DNA of 64,000 nt, from the NCBI GenBank assembly GCA_019429005.1, contig JAHYJR010000001.1, positions 40,663 through 104,662 of the forward strand. Direction: 5' to 3'. Made by a program: the position numbers and the translations under genes. Positions 1-9,373 of the stretch are shown here, piece by piece; the first letter of the stretch is position 1; every line of letters begins with the position of its first letter. The notes below the pieces were generated by a model. That model was given only the letters and a program-made list of their open reading frames with translations. It had not been told where the DNA came from and did not search any database. This stretch comes from Nanobdellati archaeon. GTDB lineage: Archaea > EX4484-52 > GLR71.

Positions 1-36
1 TTAAATAAAAGATTTCAAAAATAAATGTGATTAATA

Positions 37-204
37 ATGGCCGTAAAAATAGAACTTGAAAATTGTATGCAATGTTATGCTTGTGAAAATGTATGTCCAA
101 ACAACACAATCTCTGAAAGTGATAAGGGTCCTGTTGTAGATGAAAAAAAATGCACAGATTGTGGTGCTTGTAAAGATATCTGTCCTGCAAGCTGTATAAT
201 ATAA
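37..204 (+). CDS. 2[4Fe-4S] ferredoxin (55 aa), absent from ORF track
   Basis: Manual translation MAVKIELENCMQCYACENVCPNNTISESDKGPVVDEKKCTDCGACKDICPASCII*; two CxxCxxCxxxCP motifs. Confidence 0.93.
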   Translation: MAVKIELENCMQCYACENVCPNNTISESDKGPVVDEKKCTDCGACKDICPASCII

Positions 205-309
205 AATAACAACTAACATAATATAATATCACAATAGAAACAAGCTTATTTTATTTCTAATTAAATATTAACAGTATCAGATATATACTAGTTTAACCTA
301 ATAATAAAT

Positions 310-639
310 ATGCTTAATAAAAAAATTGAAAAAATAACTTTAACAGAAAAAAAACTCGAGAAAGAACTTTCAGAGTTTGAATTAAGCCTTAAATCAAAAT
401 TGAAAAAAGAAGAAATGGCAAATATTAAAAAAATAGAAGAATTTGAGCAATTCCTTGAAACTGAATTAGAAGATATAGATAAAGAAACACAAATAAAAAT
501 TAATTCTGAGAAAACAAAAATAACAAATGAACTTGAAAAAGAACTTGAAACGATAAGATCAAAAAGCTCAAACAAAAATGATGAAGCCATAAATAAATTT
601 TCGGAGCTGATACTTGAATGCTTAAACCGTCAAGAATGA
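310..639 (+). CDS. atpH: A/V-type ATP synthase subunit H (peripheral stalk, G-like)
   Basis: 109-aa E/K-rich coiled coil immediately before and overlapping subunit I, the usual operon position. Confidence 0.7.
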   Translation: MLNKKIEKITLTEKKLEKELSEFELSLKSKLKKEEMANIKKIEEFEQFLETELEDIDKETQIKINSEKTKITNELEKELETIRSKSSNKNDEAINKFSELILECLNRQE

Positions 640-2459
640 AAAAGGTTGAAATTATCGGGCTTAAAAAATACAAGGAAGATATAATCACAAAAATACAACA
701 TCTTAATGTATTACACATAAAAACATCAAATATATCCGAAACTAATGAAAATCCTTCAATAATAATACATAAAGTATTATCAAATCTCGAAAAGATACAT
801 GAAATAAAACAATTATTAAAACTAAAACAAAATATGCTAAAAACCTTAATTGGAACTAAACACAAACAAATTGAACTTGATGGTTATACAGATAGTGCAT
901 TCACACATAAATCTGAATTATTTATTAACAACATCCATAAAAAAACAAAAGATATAATTAAATCAAAAACAGAAATAACAAAATTTGAAGAAAATATTAA
1001 AAATGAAATTAACTTATTAACATATTTTAAATCAATACACACAGACCAATTTCAAAAACAAGATACATCACAAATTATAAAGGGTTTTGGTATTGTAAAG
1101 GTCAGAGATCTTAGAGAAATTAAAAAACATATAGTTATCAAGATTACAAGAATGGATGAAGATAACATATATATTGCATTTAATGCTCTTAAATCCAATT
1201 GGGATAAATATAAAACAAAAATCAAAATAATAAAAACAACATATAATGTTATGCCACTTGTAGCAATAGAATACCTTAAACAAGATTTATTAGATATTGA
1301 CAACAAAAAAATAGAAAATAAAAATCTAATTGAAACAATAAGAAAAAAAGAAGATATGATCCTAGCTATAGAAGAAAGATGGCAAAACATAAAAACTCGT
1401 ATTCGTTCTGAAAGACACATGGGCTGCACAGATAAAACATTTATAATAGAAGGTTGGGCACCTCAAGATAAGATAAATCAAATACACAAAATACCAAACA
1501 TAGTCTTATCAATACAAGATACAGAGGATACTGAAACACCGATTAAACTAGAACATAATAAACTAATAAAACCCTTTGAAAAACTAACACAATGGTTTGC
1601 ACTCCCAAAATATAATGATATTGACCCAACATTATTTATTGCAATTGCATTCCCTTTATTTTTTGGTATAATTGTTGCAGACATCGCTTATGGCATCATC
1701 ATCCTTTTACTATCAACAGCACTTTTCATGAAAACATCAAAAGATACTATAAAAGACATATCAAAGATTATCATGACATCCTCTATAATCGCAATATTTT
1801 TTGGCATATTATTTGGTAGCTTTTTTGGAAACTTATTGAGCTTTAAATCCCTATTTAACGCAATGAAAAACCCAATACAAATCATGATTTTTTCACTCTT
1901 ATTAGGCTTTATTCACACAAATATGGGTTTAGTACTTGGCGTTATTTCAAGTTTCAAAAATAAAAATTATCCTAGACTTATAGATAGTATATCTTGGTTA
2001 TGTCTTGAAATTGGACTTATAATATATATATTAACAAAAACATCAACAATTCCAATTATATACACTTATATAAGTCTCACACTTATCACAATCACAATAC
2101 TAAATCAAACACGAAAAGGTATTAGTGGAATAATAGAAATTCCTGGATTTATTGCATCATGGATATCTTACATCAGACTTATGGCATTAACTGTTGCAAC
2201 TGCATGGCTTGCTTTTGTAGTAAACCTTGTTGCAATATCATTATCAGACATTTCAATCGTACTTGCCTCAATACCATTTATAATAGGTCACGCATTCATA
2301 ACAATTACAAATCTCATATCCGCATTTGTACATTCCTTAAGACTCAATTATGTTGAATTTTTCAACAGATTCTATGAAGGTGGTGGTAAAGAATATAAAC
2401 CGCTGAAACTAAATAATAAATATCATAAGATTAATGGTGAAAATAATGGTTGTAGCTGA
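618..2459 (+). CDS. atpI: A/V-type ATP synthase subunit I (a)
   Basis: MLKPSRMKK N-terminus, EGWAP, PKYNDIDPT, FFGIIVADIAYG, SYIRLMAL (essential Arg), HSLRLNYVEFFNRFYEGGG. Confidence 0.96.
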   Translation: MLKPSRMKKVEIIGLKKYKEDIITKIQHLNVLHIKTSNISETNENPSIIIHKVLSNLEKIHEIKQLLKLKQNMLKTLIGTKHKQIELDGYTDSAFTHKSELFINNIHKKTKDIIKSKTEITKFEENIKNEINLLTYFKSIHTDQFQKQDTSQIIKGFGIVKVRDLREIKKHIVIKITRMDEDNIYIAFNALKSNWDKYKTKIKIIKTTYNVMPLVAIEYLKQDLLDIDNKKIENKNLIETIRKKEDMILAIEERWQNIKTRIRSERHMGCTDKTFIIEGWAPQDKINQIHKIPNIVLSIQDTEDTETPIKLEHNKLIKPFEKLTQWFALPKYNDIDPTLFIAIAFPLFFGIIVADIAYGIIILLLSTALFMKTSKDTIKDISKIIMTSSIIAIFFGILFGSFFGNLLSFKSLFNAMKNPIQIMIFSLLLGFIHTNMGLVLGVISSFKNKNYPRLIDSISWLCLEIGLIIYILTKTSTIPIIYTYISLTLITITILNQTRKGISGIIEIPGFIASWISYIRLMALTVATAWLAFVVNLVAISLSDISIVLASIPFIIGHAFITITNLISAFVHSLRLNYVEFFNRFYEGGGKEYKPLKLNNKYHKINGENNGCS

Positions 2460-2688
2460 AATTGGCCTTATATCAATCGGTGCAGGTCTTGCCGTAGGTA
2501 TTGCGGCAGCAGGTTCTGGTATTGGGCAAGGTATGGCTGTTGCAGCTGCAATTGGTGCAACTGCTGAAAATGAAAACATGTTTGGTAAAGCATTAGCAAT
2601 GGCTGCCCTTACAGAAACACAAGCACTATATGGTTTCACTATTGCAATAATACTAATTGTGTTTGGTTTTGGTCTAGTTGTAGTATAA
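2446..2688 (+). CDS. atpK: A/V-type ATP synthase subunit K (c), single hairpin
   Basis: GSGIGQG...ALTETQALYG proteolipid; GGTGA SD before ATG 2446. Confidence 0.96.
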   Translation: MVVAEIGLISIGAGLAVGIAAAGSGIGQGMAVAAAIGATAENENMFGKALAMAALTETQALYGFTIAIILIVFGFGLVVV

Positions 2689-2719
2689 ACTAAAACAAAA
2701 TCTAAAGACTTAAACAGAT

Positions 2720-3271
2720 GTGATTCTATTGAATTTTGAACAACTAATAGATGATTTAAAAAAAGAAGATTCTTTTAAAAAAAATAATCTACATTTCAAA
2801 CACCTTAAAGATATGGATCAAATAAAAACAGAATTCATAAATAAAAAAAGAACACTTAGAGACAAACTAATTCTTGAAAAGACAAAAACAGCAGCTAAAA
2901 CAGAAAAAAGTGACATAAGTAGCGCAAAAATTGAATCAAAAAAAACAATCCTTAAAGAAAAGAAAACAATAATTAACAATATAATAGAAAACGGAATTAA
3001 ACAAACAATACAATCTCAAGAATACATTGATTTTATTAGATTCACTATAGACAATAATGGTTTTGACGACAATACACAAATACTAATAAATGATAATGAT
3101 AATGCACTTAAAAACATACTTTCAGAAAAAGGAATCACCACAATACCAACAAACATCAAAGGCGGATTAATTATTATGAAAGATAAAATCTCGTTAAACA
3201 AAAGCTTAGATGTAATTATTGAAAAAAACCGTGTACTTCTCGAAAAAGAACTAAGTCATATACTTTTCTAA
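2720..3271 (+). CDS. atpE: A/V-type ATP synthase subunit E
   Basis: N-terminal coiled coil, C-terminal IKGGLII...NKSLD...LF pattern, position after K; true start may be TTG 2729. Confidence 0.85.
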   Translation: MILLNFEQLIDDLKKEDSFKKNNLHFKHLKDMDQIKTEFINKKRTLRDKLILEKTKTAAKTEKSDISSAKIESKKTILKEKKTIINNIIENGIKQTIQSQEYIDFIRFTIDNNGFDDNTQILINDNDNALKNILSEKGITTIPTNIKGGLIIMKDKISLNKSLDVIIEKNRVLLEKELSHILF

Positions 3272-3372
3272 ATACACATTATAAAATTAGAAATAATAAT
3301 ATACAAGTCTTAAAGATTATTATAAAAAAGATATATTATAAGAGAGAAATGATTATATAAGATTAAAAACTA

Positions 3373-3530
3373 TTTAATAATTAGTGGTTAGGTGCTTGGA
3401 AAAAAGTCCTTAGAGATTATCTTTACTCATGATTGTTTGCTTTCCGTTCACCTAATCCAGGGTCTACAATATAATTAAATATTAAATCTGAATTCGTACT
3501 TACTTCTCAAATTAACCTTTAACTATTAAA
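3373..3530 (-). ncRNA. Candidate structured non-coding RNA inside the ATP synthase operon
   Basis: Ends pair 16/18 (3373-3390 with 3513-3530); long inner stem 3385-3394/3449-3459; two further hairpins whose G-U pairs favour the minus strand; no credible ORF. Confidence 0.4.
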
Positions 3531-3616
3531 TTAAATATTTTAAAAAAGATATACCTTACTATAAAAATAAGTAAAGATATTTATTGATGTGACTATAAAA
3601 TAATTAATAGATTACA

Positions 3617-3793
3617 ATGACAAACGAAGATTTCCACAAGGTACAACTTGAAACCATAATAATCAGTATTAAGAAAGAAATAAAACGCCTTGAAAAACAA
3701 CTTGAAGAACTTGAAACAAAAATGGATCTTTATTGTAAAAAAAATAAAACAGATAAAAAAAGTAATTTAAAAATAAATAAAAAAACGAACTAA
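3617..3793 (+). CDS. Small hypothetical coiled-coil protein (58 aa), absent from ORF track
   Basis: MTNEDFHKVQLETIIISIKKEIKRLEKQLEELETKMDLYCKKNKTDKKSNLKINKKTN*; heptad pattern; CTT-GAA codon usage like its neighbours. Confidence 0.55.
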   Translation: MTNEDFHKVQLETIIISIKKEIKRLEKQLEELETKMDLYCKKNKTDKKSNLKINKKTN

Positions 3794-3827
3794 TATCAAT
3801 ATATACTCTTCAATTCTAATATATATT

Positions 3828-4688
3828 ATGCTATTTCAGCTCCAATATGCATCTTCGAGAGTCCGTGCCCTTAGAGGTCAACTTTTTAAACAAGATGAAC
3901 TAAAAAAGATACAATCTGCAAAAACCAAAGAAGAGCTAATTTCTAACCTAAATCGTGAAATATACGAGAATATCTTTACAAAAACAGATATAATACAGAT
4001 TGAATCATATCTAGATTTAGAACTTGTAAACACAATAGAAAAAATAACGCAATTTTTACCTGAAAAGTTCAAAGAGGATTTCAATATATACATTTTACGT
4101 TGGGACTTATACAATATAAAACTCATGTTACGTGGTTTATATGCAAACATAGATTATAATATTATCAAAAAAGATTTTATTCAAACAGGTGCTATTTGGA
4201 ATTTGGTAGAACATAATTTTCCAAAAGACATAGACTCTATAAAAACAGCTATCATGGATAGTATATGGAAAACTTGTATAATTGACGCAATTACAAAATA
4301 TAACAATACAAAACAAATAAGAGATGCAGAACAAATTCTTGATACAACATATATATCGTTAATTAATAGAATAAAAACACAAACACTTAAAGAATATATG
4401 TTAGCTGAAATAATTATGAAAGATACACTTACAATTATTAGATCTCAAGATAAAAACATAAACATAGGAAATCAATTATTCATATTAAAACACAAAGAAA
4501 TACCAAAACACCTTGAACATATAAAAAACAATGACCCTGAAACAAATATAGAACTTGAACTTACAAAAATATCAAAAACAAAACTTATGATTGACCCTTT
4601 CGGAATTGGACTATACATCGATTATATCAGACAAAAAGAAATTGAAATAAAAACATTAAAACATGCCGCTCAAAAATTTTGGAACTGA
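3828..4688 (+). CDS. atpC: A/V-type ATP synthase subunit C (d)
   Basis: YASSRVRALRG N-terminus, RWDLYNIKLMLRG, DPFGIG...YI..KEIEIKTL. Confidence 0.88.
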   Translation: MLFQLQYASSRVRALRGQLFKQDELKKIQSAKTKEELISNLNREIYENIFTKTDIIQIESYLDLELVNTIEKITQFLPEKFKEDFNIYILRWDLYNIKLMLRGLYANIDYNIIKKDFIQTGAIWNLVEHNFPKDIDSIKTAIMDSIWKTCIIDAITKYNNTKQIRDAEQILDTTYISLINRIKTQTLKEYMLAEIIMKDTLTIIRSQDKNINIGNQLFILKHKEIPKHLEHIKNNDPETNIELELTKISKTKLMIDPFGIGLYIDYIRQKEIEIKTLKHAAQKFWN

Positions 4689-4696
4689 TGATAACT

Positions 4697-4903
4697 ATGA
4701 TTTGTATAATTGGAAACACAAAAATTGCAGCAGGATTTAATCTTGCAGGTATAAAAAATACATATAATTCAATTAATGAAATAAAAGACGAAACTATAAT
4801 CATTATCGAAGAAGATATAGCCGAAAACGAAAAAGAATTAATAGGTCAACTTACATCAGACAAAATTATAATTACACTCCCAAAAAAACAAATAATTAAC
4901 TAG
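4697..4903 (+). CDS. atpF: A/V-type ATP synthase subunit F (short, 68 aa)
   Basis: ICIIG...GFNLAGI motif and IIIIEE; lies between C and A. Confidence 0.85.
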   Translation: MICIIGNTKIAAGFNLAGIKNTYNSINEIKDETIIIIEEDIAENEKELIGQLTSDKIIITLPKKQIIN

Positions 4904-4914
4904 AATAATTAAAA

Positions 4915-5043
4915 AATAACACAAATACAATAATCAATACAATAACACAAATACAATAATCAATACAATAACACAAATACAATAATCAATACAATAACAC
5001 AAATACAATAATCAATACAATAACACAAATACAATAATCAATA
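4915..5043. repeat. Tandem repeat, 5 x 26 bp (AATAACACAAATACAATAATCAATAC)
   Basis: Units start at 4915, 4941, 4967, 4993 and 5019; identical except the last base; no spacers. Confidence 0.97.
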
Positions 5044-5064
5044 TGTACATCCTAGGTAATATCT

Positions 5065-6783
5065 ATGTCAGGCAAAATAAAACGAATTGTTGGTCAAACA
5101 ATTGAAGCAAAGGACATGCGTGGATGTAGAATGTTGGACCAGGTCACAATTGGTGAAATTGGTCTTATTGGTGAAATAATAAAAATCCATGAAGATGTTG
5201 CATATATCCAGACATTTGAAGATACAACAGGACTTAAAATTGGTGATATTGTTGAAACAAAGAATGAACCACTTACAGCAGAACTAGGTCCGGGTCTTAT
5301 AGGATCAATCTTTGATGGAATACAAAGACCTTTAAACAAAATAGGTAATTTTATTGAACGTGGAGAACGACCTAACGCACTTAACAATAACCAAAAATGG
5401 ACAATTAAAAAAATAAAAGAAGGTCAAACCAAAACAGGAGAAATAATTGCAACCCTAAATGAAACAAGCCTCATCGAATACAGAATACTTGCACCAAAAG
5501 ACGGTATTGTTGAAATAAATGAAGGCGAATACACACTTGATGAAACCTTTGGAAAACTAATTACAAATGATGGAAATACAGAAGAATTAACACTCAGAAA
5601 AAGAATTCCAATAAATCATAGAACAAAAATTAAAAAACTTGTACCAACCGAACTTCTTATAACCGGACAAAGAGTACTTGACACACTTTTCCCACTAACC
5701 AAAGGTGGAAGTGCTGCATTGCCAGGAGGATTCGGTGCAGGAAAAACAATAACAACACAAGAAATTGCAAAATGGGCTGATGTTGATATAATTGTAATGG
5801 CTTTAATTGGGGAACGTGGCAATGAATGTGCAGATGTATTAAACACATTTCCAAAAATAAAGGACATCAAAACACAAAAAAGCATAATGGAAAAAAGCAT
5901 AATAATAGCAAACACATCAAATATGCCTGTAGCTGCACGAATATCCTCAATATACCTTGCAACAACAATATGTGAACACTACAGAAATATGGGTTATAAT
6001 ATCTTACTCATAACAGATTCAACCTCTCGTTGGGCTGAAGCAATGCGTGAAATTTCAGGAAAACTTGAAGAAATGCCAGGTGAAGAAGGTTACCCTGTAT
6101 ATCTGGCATCAAAAATTGCAGAATTCTATGAAAAAGCAGGTGTAATAGAAACCCAATTCAACACAACAGGATCCATAACAATTATTGGTGCAGTATCCCC
6201 ACCTGGCGGTGATTTCTCAGAACCCGTAACACAGGCAACAAAAAATGTAATCAAATGTTTGTGGGCTTTAAACACAGAACTTGCCTATAGACGACATTAC
6301 CCTTCAGTTGATTGGATGGTAAGTTATTCAAATTACAATGAAAATCTAAATATGGATTTAAAATTCAAAGGCTGGAATCGCCTTAGAAACAAAATAGTGA
6401 ATCTGTTGCAAGATGAAAAAGAGATTGAAACTGTTGTCCGCCTTGTAGGTTACGATTCGTTGCCAAATAACGAAAAATTTCTTCTTGAAGTCACAAAACT
6501 TTTCAGAGAAAACTTTTTACAGCAAGATGCATTCTCAAAAGTAGATGCATTCTGTCCACTTAAAAAACAATATGAAATGTTAAAAATATTTATAAATTAT
6601 TATGAGGCTGGAATTATAGCAATGAAACATGAAAAAGATATAGAATATGTACTAAATCCAAACATTGTAGATAAAATTGCACGAATGAAATTTGAAGAAC
6701 AAAATGAATTTCCAGAAATAAATAACTTAATCAAAAACACACTTTTTGAAGAAGAAACAAAAATTGAATGGCTTGGAAATTAA
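5065..6783 (+). CDS. atpA: A/V-type ATP synthase subunit A (catalytic)
   Basis: Walker A GGFGAGKT, GERGNE, NTSNMPVAAR, DSTSRWAEA, EEMPGEEGYP, SPPGGDFSEPVTQ. Confidence 0.98.
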   Translation: MSGKIKRIVGQTIEAKDMRGCRMLDQVTIGEIGLIGEIIKIHEDVAYIQTFEDTTGLKIGDIVETKNEPLTAELGPGLIGSIFDGIQRPLNKIGNFIERGERPNALNNNQKWTIKKIKEGQTKTGEIIATLNETSLIEYRILAPKDGIVEINEGEYTLDETFGKLITNDGNTEELTLRKRIPINHRTKIKKLVPTELLITGQRVLDTLFPLTKGGSAALPGGFGAGKTITTQEIAKWADVDIIVMALIGERGNECADVLNTFPKIKDIKTQKSIMEKSIIIANTSNMPVAARISSIYLATTICEHYRNMGYNILLITDSTSRWAEAMREISGKLEEMPGEEGYPVYLASKIAEFYEKAGVIETQFNTTGSITIIGAVSPPGGDFSEPVTQATKNVIKCLWALNTELAYRRHYPSVDWMVSYSNYNENLNMDLKFKGWNRLRNKIVNLLQDEKEIETVVRLVGYDSLPNNEKFLLEVTKLFRENFLQQDAFSKVDAFCPLKKQYEMLKIFINYYEAGIIAMKHEKDIEYVLNPNIVDKIARMKFEEQNEFPEINNLIKNTLFEEETKIEWLGN

Positions 6784-6818
6784 AAAATAAAGTTATAACT
6801 AAAAAAAAGATGATAACA

Positions 6819-8162
6819 ATGAAAGAATACAGCACAGTCTCAAAGGTTAAAGGACCACTTATAATACTAAAAAACACAGAAAATGTAGGTTATAATGAGA
6901 TTGTAAAAATCATAACGCCTGCGGGAGTTGAAAAACTAGGGCAGGTTCTTGAACTTAATGAAGATCTTACAATAATAGAAGTTTTCGAAGGTACAACAGG
7001 CATAGATACAGATAAAACAAAAGTTCGTTTTATTGGTGGTAATTTTAAACATCCTGTCTCTAAAGACATGGTTGGTGGTATTTTTGATGGTCTTGGACGA
7101 CCTATAGATTTTGAAATCATAGCAGAAAAAGAAATAGACATAAACGGTGCACCAATAAATCCAACAATACGAGATGTGCCTACAGAATTTATAGAAACCA
7201 AAATCTCAGCAATAGATGGACTTTTTAGTCTTGTAAAAGGTCAAAAACTCCCAATTTTTTCAGAAGAAGGTTTACCGCATAATAAACTAGCAACAAAAAT
7301 CGCTGAACAACTTGATGATGGCATATTAGTTATCTTTGGAGCAATTGGTATTACAAACGAAGAATTACATTATTTCACAAATGAATTTAAAAAAGCCGGA
7401 GCTCTTGAAAACATAATCGTTTTTGCAAATCTTGCAGATGACCCTGTAATAGAACGTGTCGTAACACCAAGAATCGCACTCGCAACTGCTGAATATTTCG
7501 CATGGGAACTTGGACGTGATGTAGTAGTTATTTTATCAGACATAACGGCATATGCAAACGGATTACGTGAACTTTCCGCAGCAAAAGAAGAAATACCTGG
7601 AAAACGTGGATACCCGCCATACCTTTATACAGACCTCGCAACAATATTTGAACGCGCTGGTATAATAAAAGGTAAAAAAGGAAGTATAACACAAATACCT
7701 ATCATAACAATGCCTGAAGGTGATATTACCCACCCTATACCAGATCTTACAGGATACATTACAGAAGGTCAAATTATACTAAGTAATGCACTTTCAAGAA
7801 AAGGAATATTTCCACCAATAAATATCATACCAAGCCTTTCAAGAATGATGCATAATGCAATTGGAACAGATAAAACGAGAGAAGACCACAAACAAGTATC
7901 TGATCAGATTTATGCCGCATATACTAGAGGAAAAAAACTTGAAGAACTTAAAAAAATAATAGGTGAAGACGCTTTATCTGAAACAGATAGAAAATATCTT
8001 GAATTTGTCAAAAAAATCGAAGAAACGTTCATAAACCAAAAAGATAAAAGAACAATAAAAGACACACTTGATATTTCGTGGAACATACTTAGAATATTAC
8101 CCAAAGAAGACCTTACAAAAATTGAAACGAAATATATAGACACATACTGGTACGCAAAATAA
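6819..8162 (+). CDS. atpB: A/V-type ATP synthase subunit B
   Basis: MKEYSTV start, GQKLPIFS, NLADDPVIER, PGKRGYPPYLYTDL, THPIPDLTGYITEGQI. Confidence 0.98.
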   Translation: MKEYSTVSKVKGPLIILKNTENVGYNEIVKIITPAGVEKLGQVLELNEDLTIIEVFEGTTGIDTDKTKVRFIGGNFKHPVSKDMVGGIFDGLGRPIDFEIIAEKEIDINGAPINPTIRDVPTEFIETKISAIDGLFSLVKGQKLPIFSEEGLPHNKLATKIAEQLDDGILVIFGAIGITNEELHYFTNEFKKAGALENIIVFANLADDPVIERVVTPRIALATAEYFAWELGRDVVVILSDITAYANGLRELSAAKEEIPGKRGYPPYLYTDLATIFERAGIIKGKKGSITQIPIITMPEGDITHPIPDLTGYITEGQIILSNALSRKGIFPPINIIPSLSRMMHNAIGTDKTREDHKQVSDQIYAAYTRGKKLEELKKIIGEDALSETDRKYLEFVKKIEETFINQKDKRTIKDTLDISWNILRILPKEDLTKIETKYIDTYWYAK

Positions 8163-8266
8163 AAAACAAGACACAATAACAAAGTTTACAAAACAATAAA
8201 TCAAAGTAATAAATTATACAAAATAAATATTAAAAACTAATTAATAACCTAAAACAAGATGATCTT

Positions 8267-8899
8267 ATGTCAATCCATGAAAACATAAAACCAACAAGAA
8301 TGGAACTCAAAAACATTAAAGAACACCTTGAACTCACAACAAATGGATTTGAACTACTTAAAAATAAAAATGATGCGTTAATAAATGAACTATCAAATAT
8401 TAGACGTGATATAAACTCAAAAAAAAAAGAACTTCAAAATCAAATGAATGAAGCATATAATAACATCGATATTGCAAGTTCAAAACTAGGCCTAACAAAC
8501 ATAAAATATCTTGCAGTATCAACAAATGATGCAAAAAACATAACACTCAAAGATAAAAAAATTATGGGTGTTAAAGTAAAACAAATCACTTTTGAAAAAT
8601 TTGAGCGGAATTTTGTAGAACGCGGATACAATATATACGATTCAAACATAAGCCTTGATAATGCCGCACTTTCTTTTGAAAAAGCATTACCGCATATCCT
8701 TGAAATTGGAGAGAAAAAACATAATATAATAACAATTTCTGATGAAGTTAAAAAAACAAACAGAAAAGTTAATTCGCTTGAAAGCATAATTCTTCCAGAA
8801 TTAAGAAAAACAATAAAAACAATAACTGGAAAAATTGCAGAAAGAGAACGTGAAGAATTCATTCGAATAAAAAAAGTAAAAAGTTGGATATCAAGATAA
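8267..8899 (+). CDS. atpD: A/V-type ATP synthase subunit D
   Basis: KPTRMEL, GFELLKNKNDAL, KTNRKVNSLE, EREREEFIRIK. Confidence 0.96.
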   Translation: MSIHENIKPTRMELKNIKEHLELTTNGFELLKNKNDALINELSNIRRDINSKKKELQNQMNEAYNNIDIASSKLGLTNIKYLAVSTNDAKNITLKDKKIMGVKVKQITFEKFERNFVERGYNIYDSNISLDNAALSFEKALPHILEIGEKKHNIITISDEVKKTNRKVNSLESIILPELRKTIKTITGKIAEREREEFIRIKKVKSWISR

Positions 8900-8913
8900 T
8901 CTTAATATCATTA

Positions 8914-9264
8914 TCACTCTTGAAGACTTGATATTGCTTGAGCAAGATCACCTTCAAATTTATCTAAAGCCTCTTTTGCAACAGCTTCAGAAACATCTAC
9001 AGTATCCATAACAAGTTTTACATCTTCATCAGTAAATTTAGGACCACTTTCAATTTCTTCAGAACTTCTCTCAAAAGATTCACCAACAATCTGATAGGAT
9101 TCCTGACCCATAGCTTTTACTTTAGAAACTTGAGGATCTTGTATAACTATCTCAGTACCACCCTTCAATTTAATTATTACTTCAGAAGCATCAAGATCTT
9201 TCATCTGCATACCCATCTGTTGCATTGCTTTTTTCATCATTTTAGGATTCATGCCTGGTATCAT
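8914..9264 (-). CDS. nac: Nascent polypeptide-associated complex protein
   Basis: MNPKMMKKAMQQMGM, EVII, YQIVG, C-terminal UBA-like EDVKLV...GDLAQAI. Confidence 0.95.
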   Translation of the reverse strand: MIPGMNPKMMKKAMQQMGMQMKDLDASEVIIKLKGGTEIVIQDPQVSKVKAMGQESYQIVGESFERSSEEIESGPKFTDEDVKLVMDTVDVSEAVAKEALDKFEGDLAQAISSLQE

Positions 9265-9373
9265 ATTATCACATATATACTTTATCTATAAATTTTATAA
9301 AAGTTCTCTAATCCGAATGACTAACCTTTGTGGTTCCTTTAACATATCACAAAATTAACACGATTTTAAAACT

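Noticed and set aside
31-219. 62-aa minus-strand ORF in the track
   Set aside because: Antisense shadow of the + strand ferredoxin at 37-204
3373-3530. RNase P RNA, SRP RNA or C/D-box identity for the structured island
   Set aside because: GAAAAAAGTCC resembles RNase P CR-I but has no matching P4 partner; there is no SRP helix-8 GNRA stem; C/D boxes are not convincing
4915-5043. Possible CRISPR array
   Set aside because: Units are head-to-tail with no spacers, and no cas genes are present
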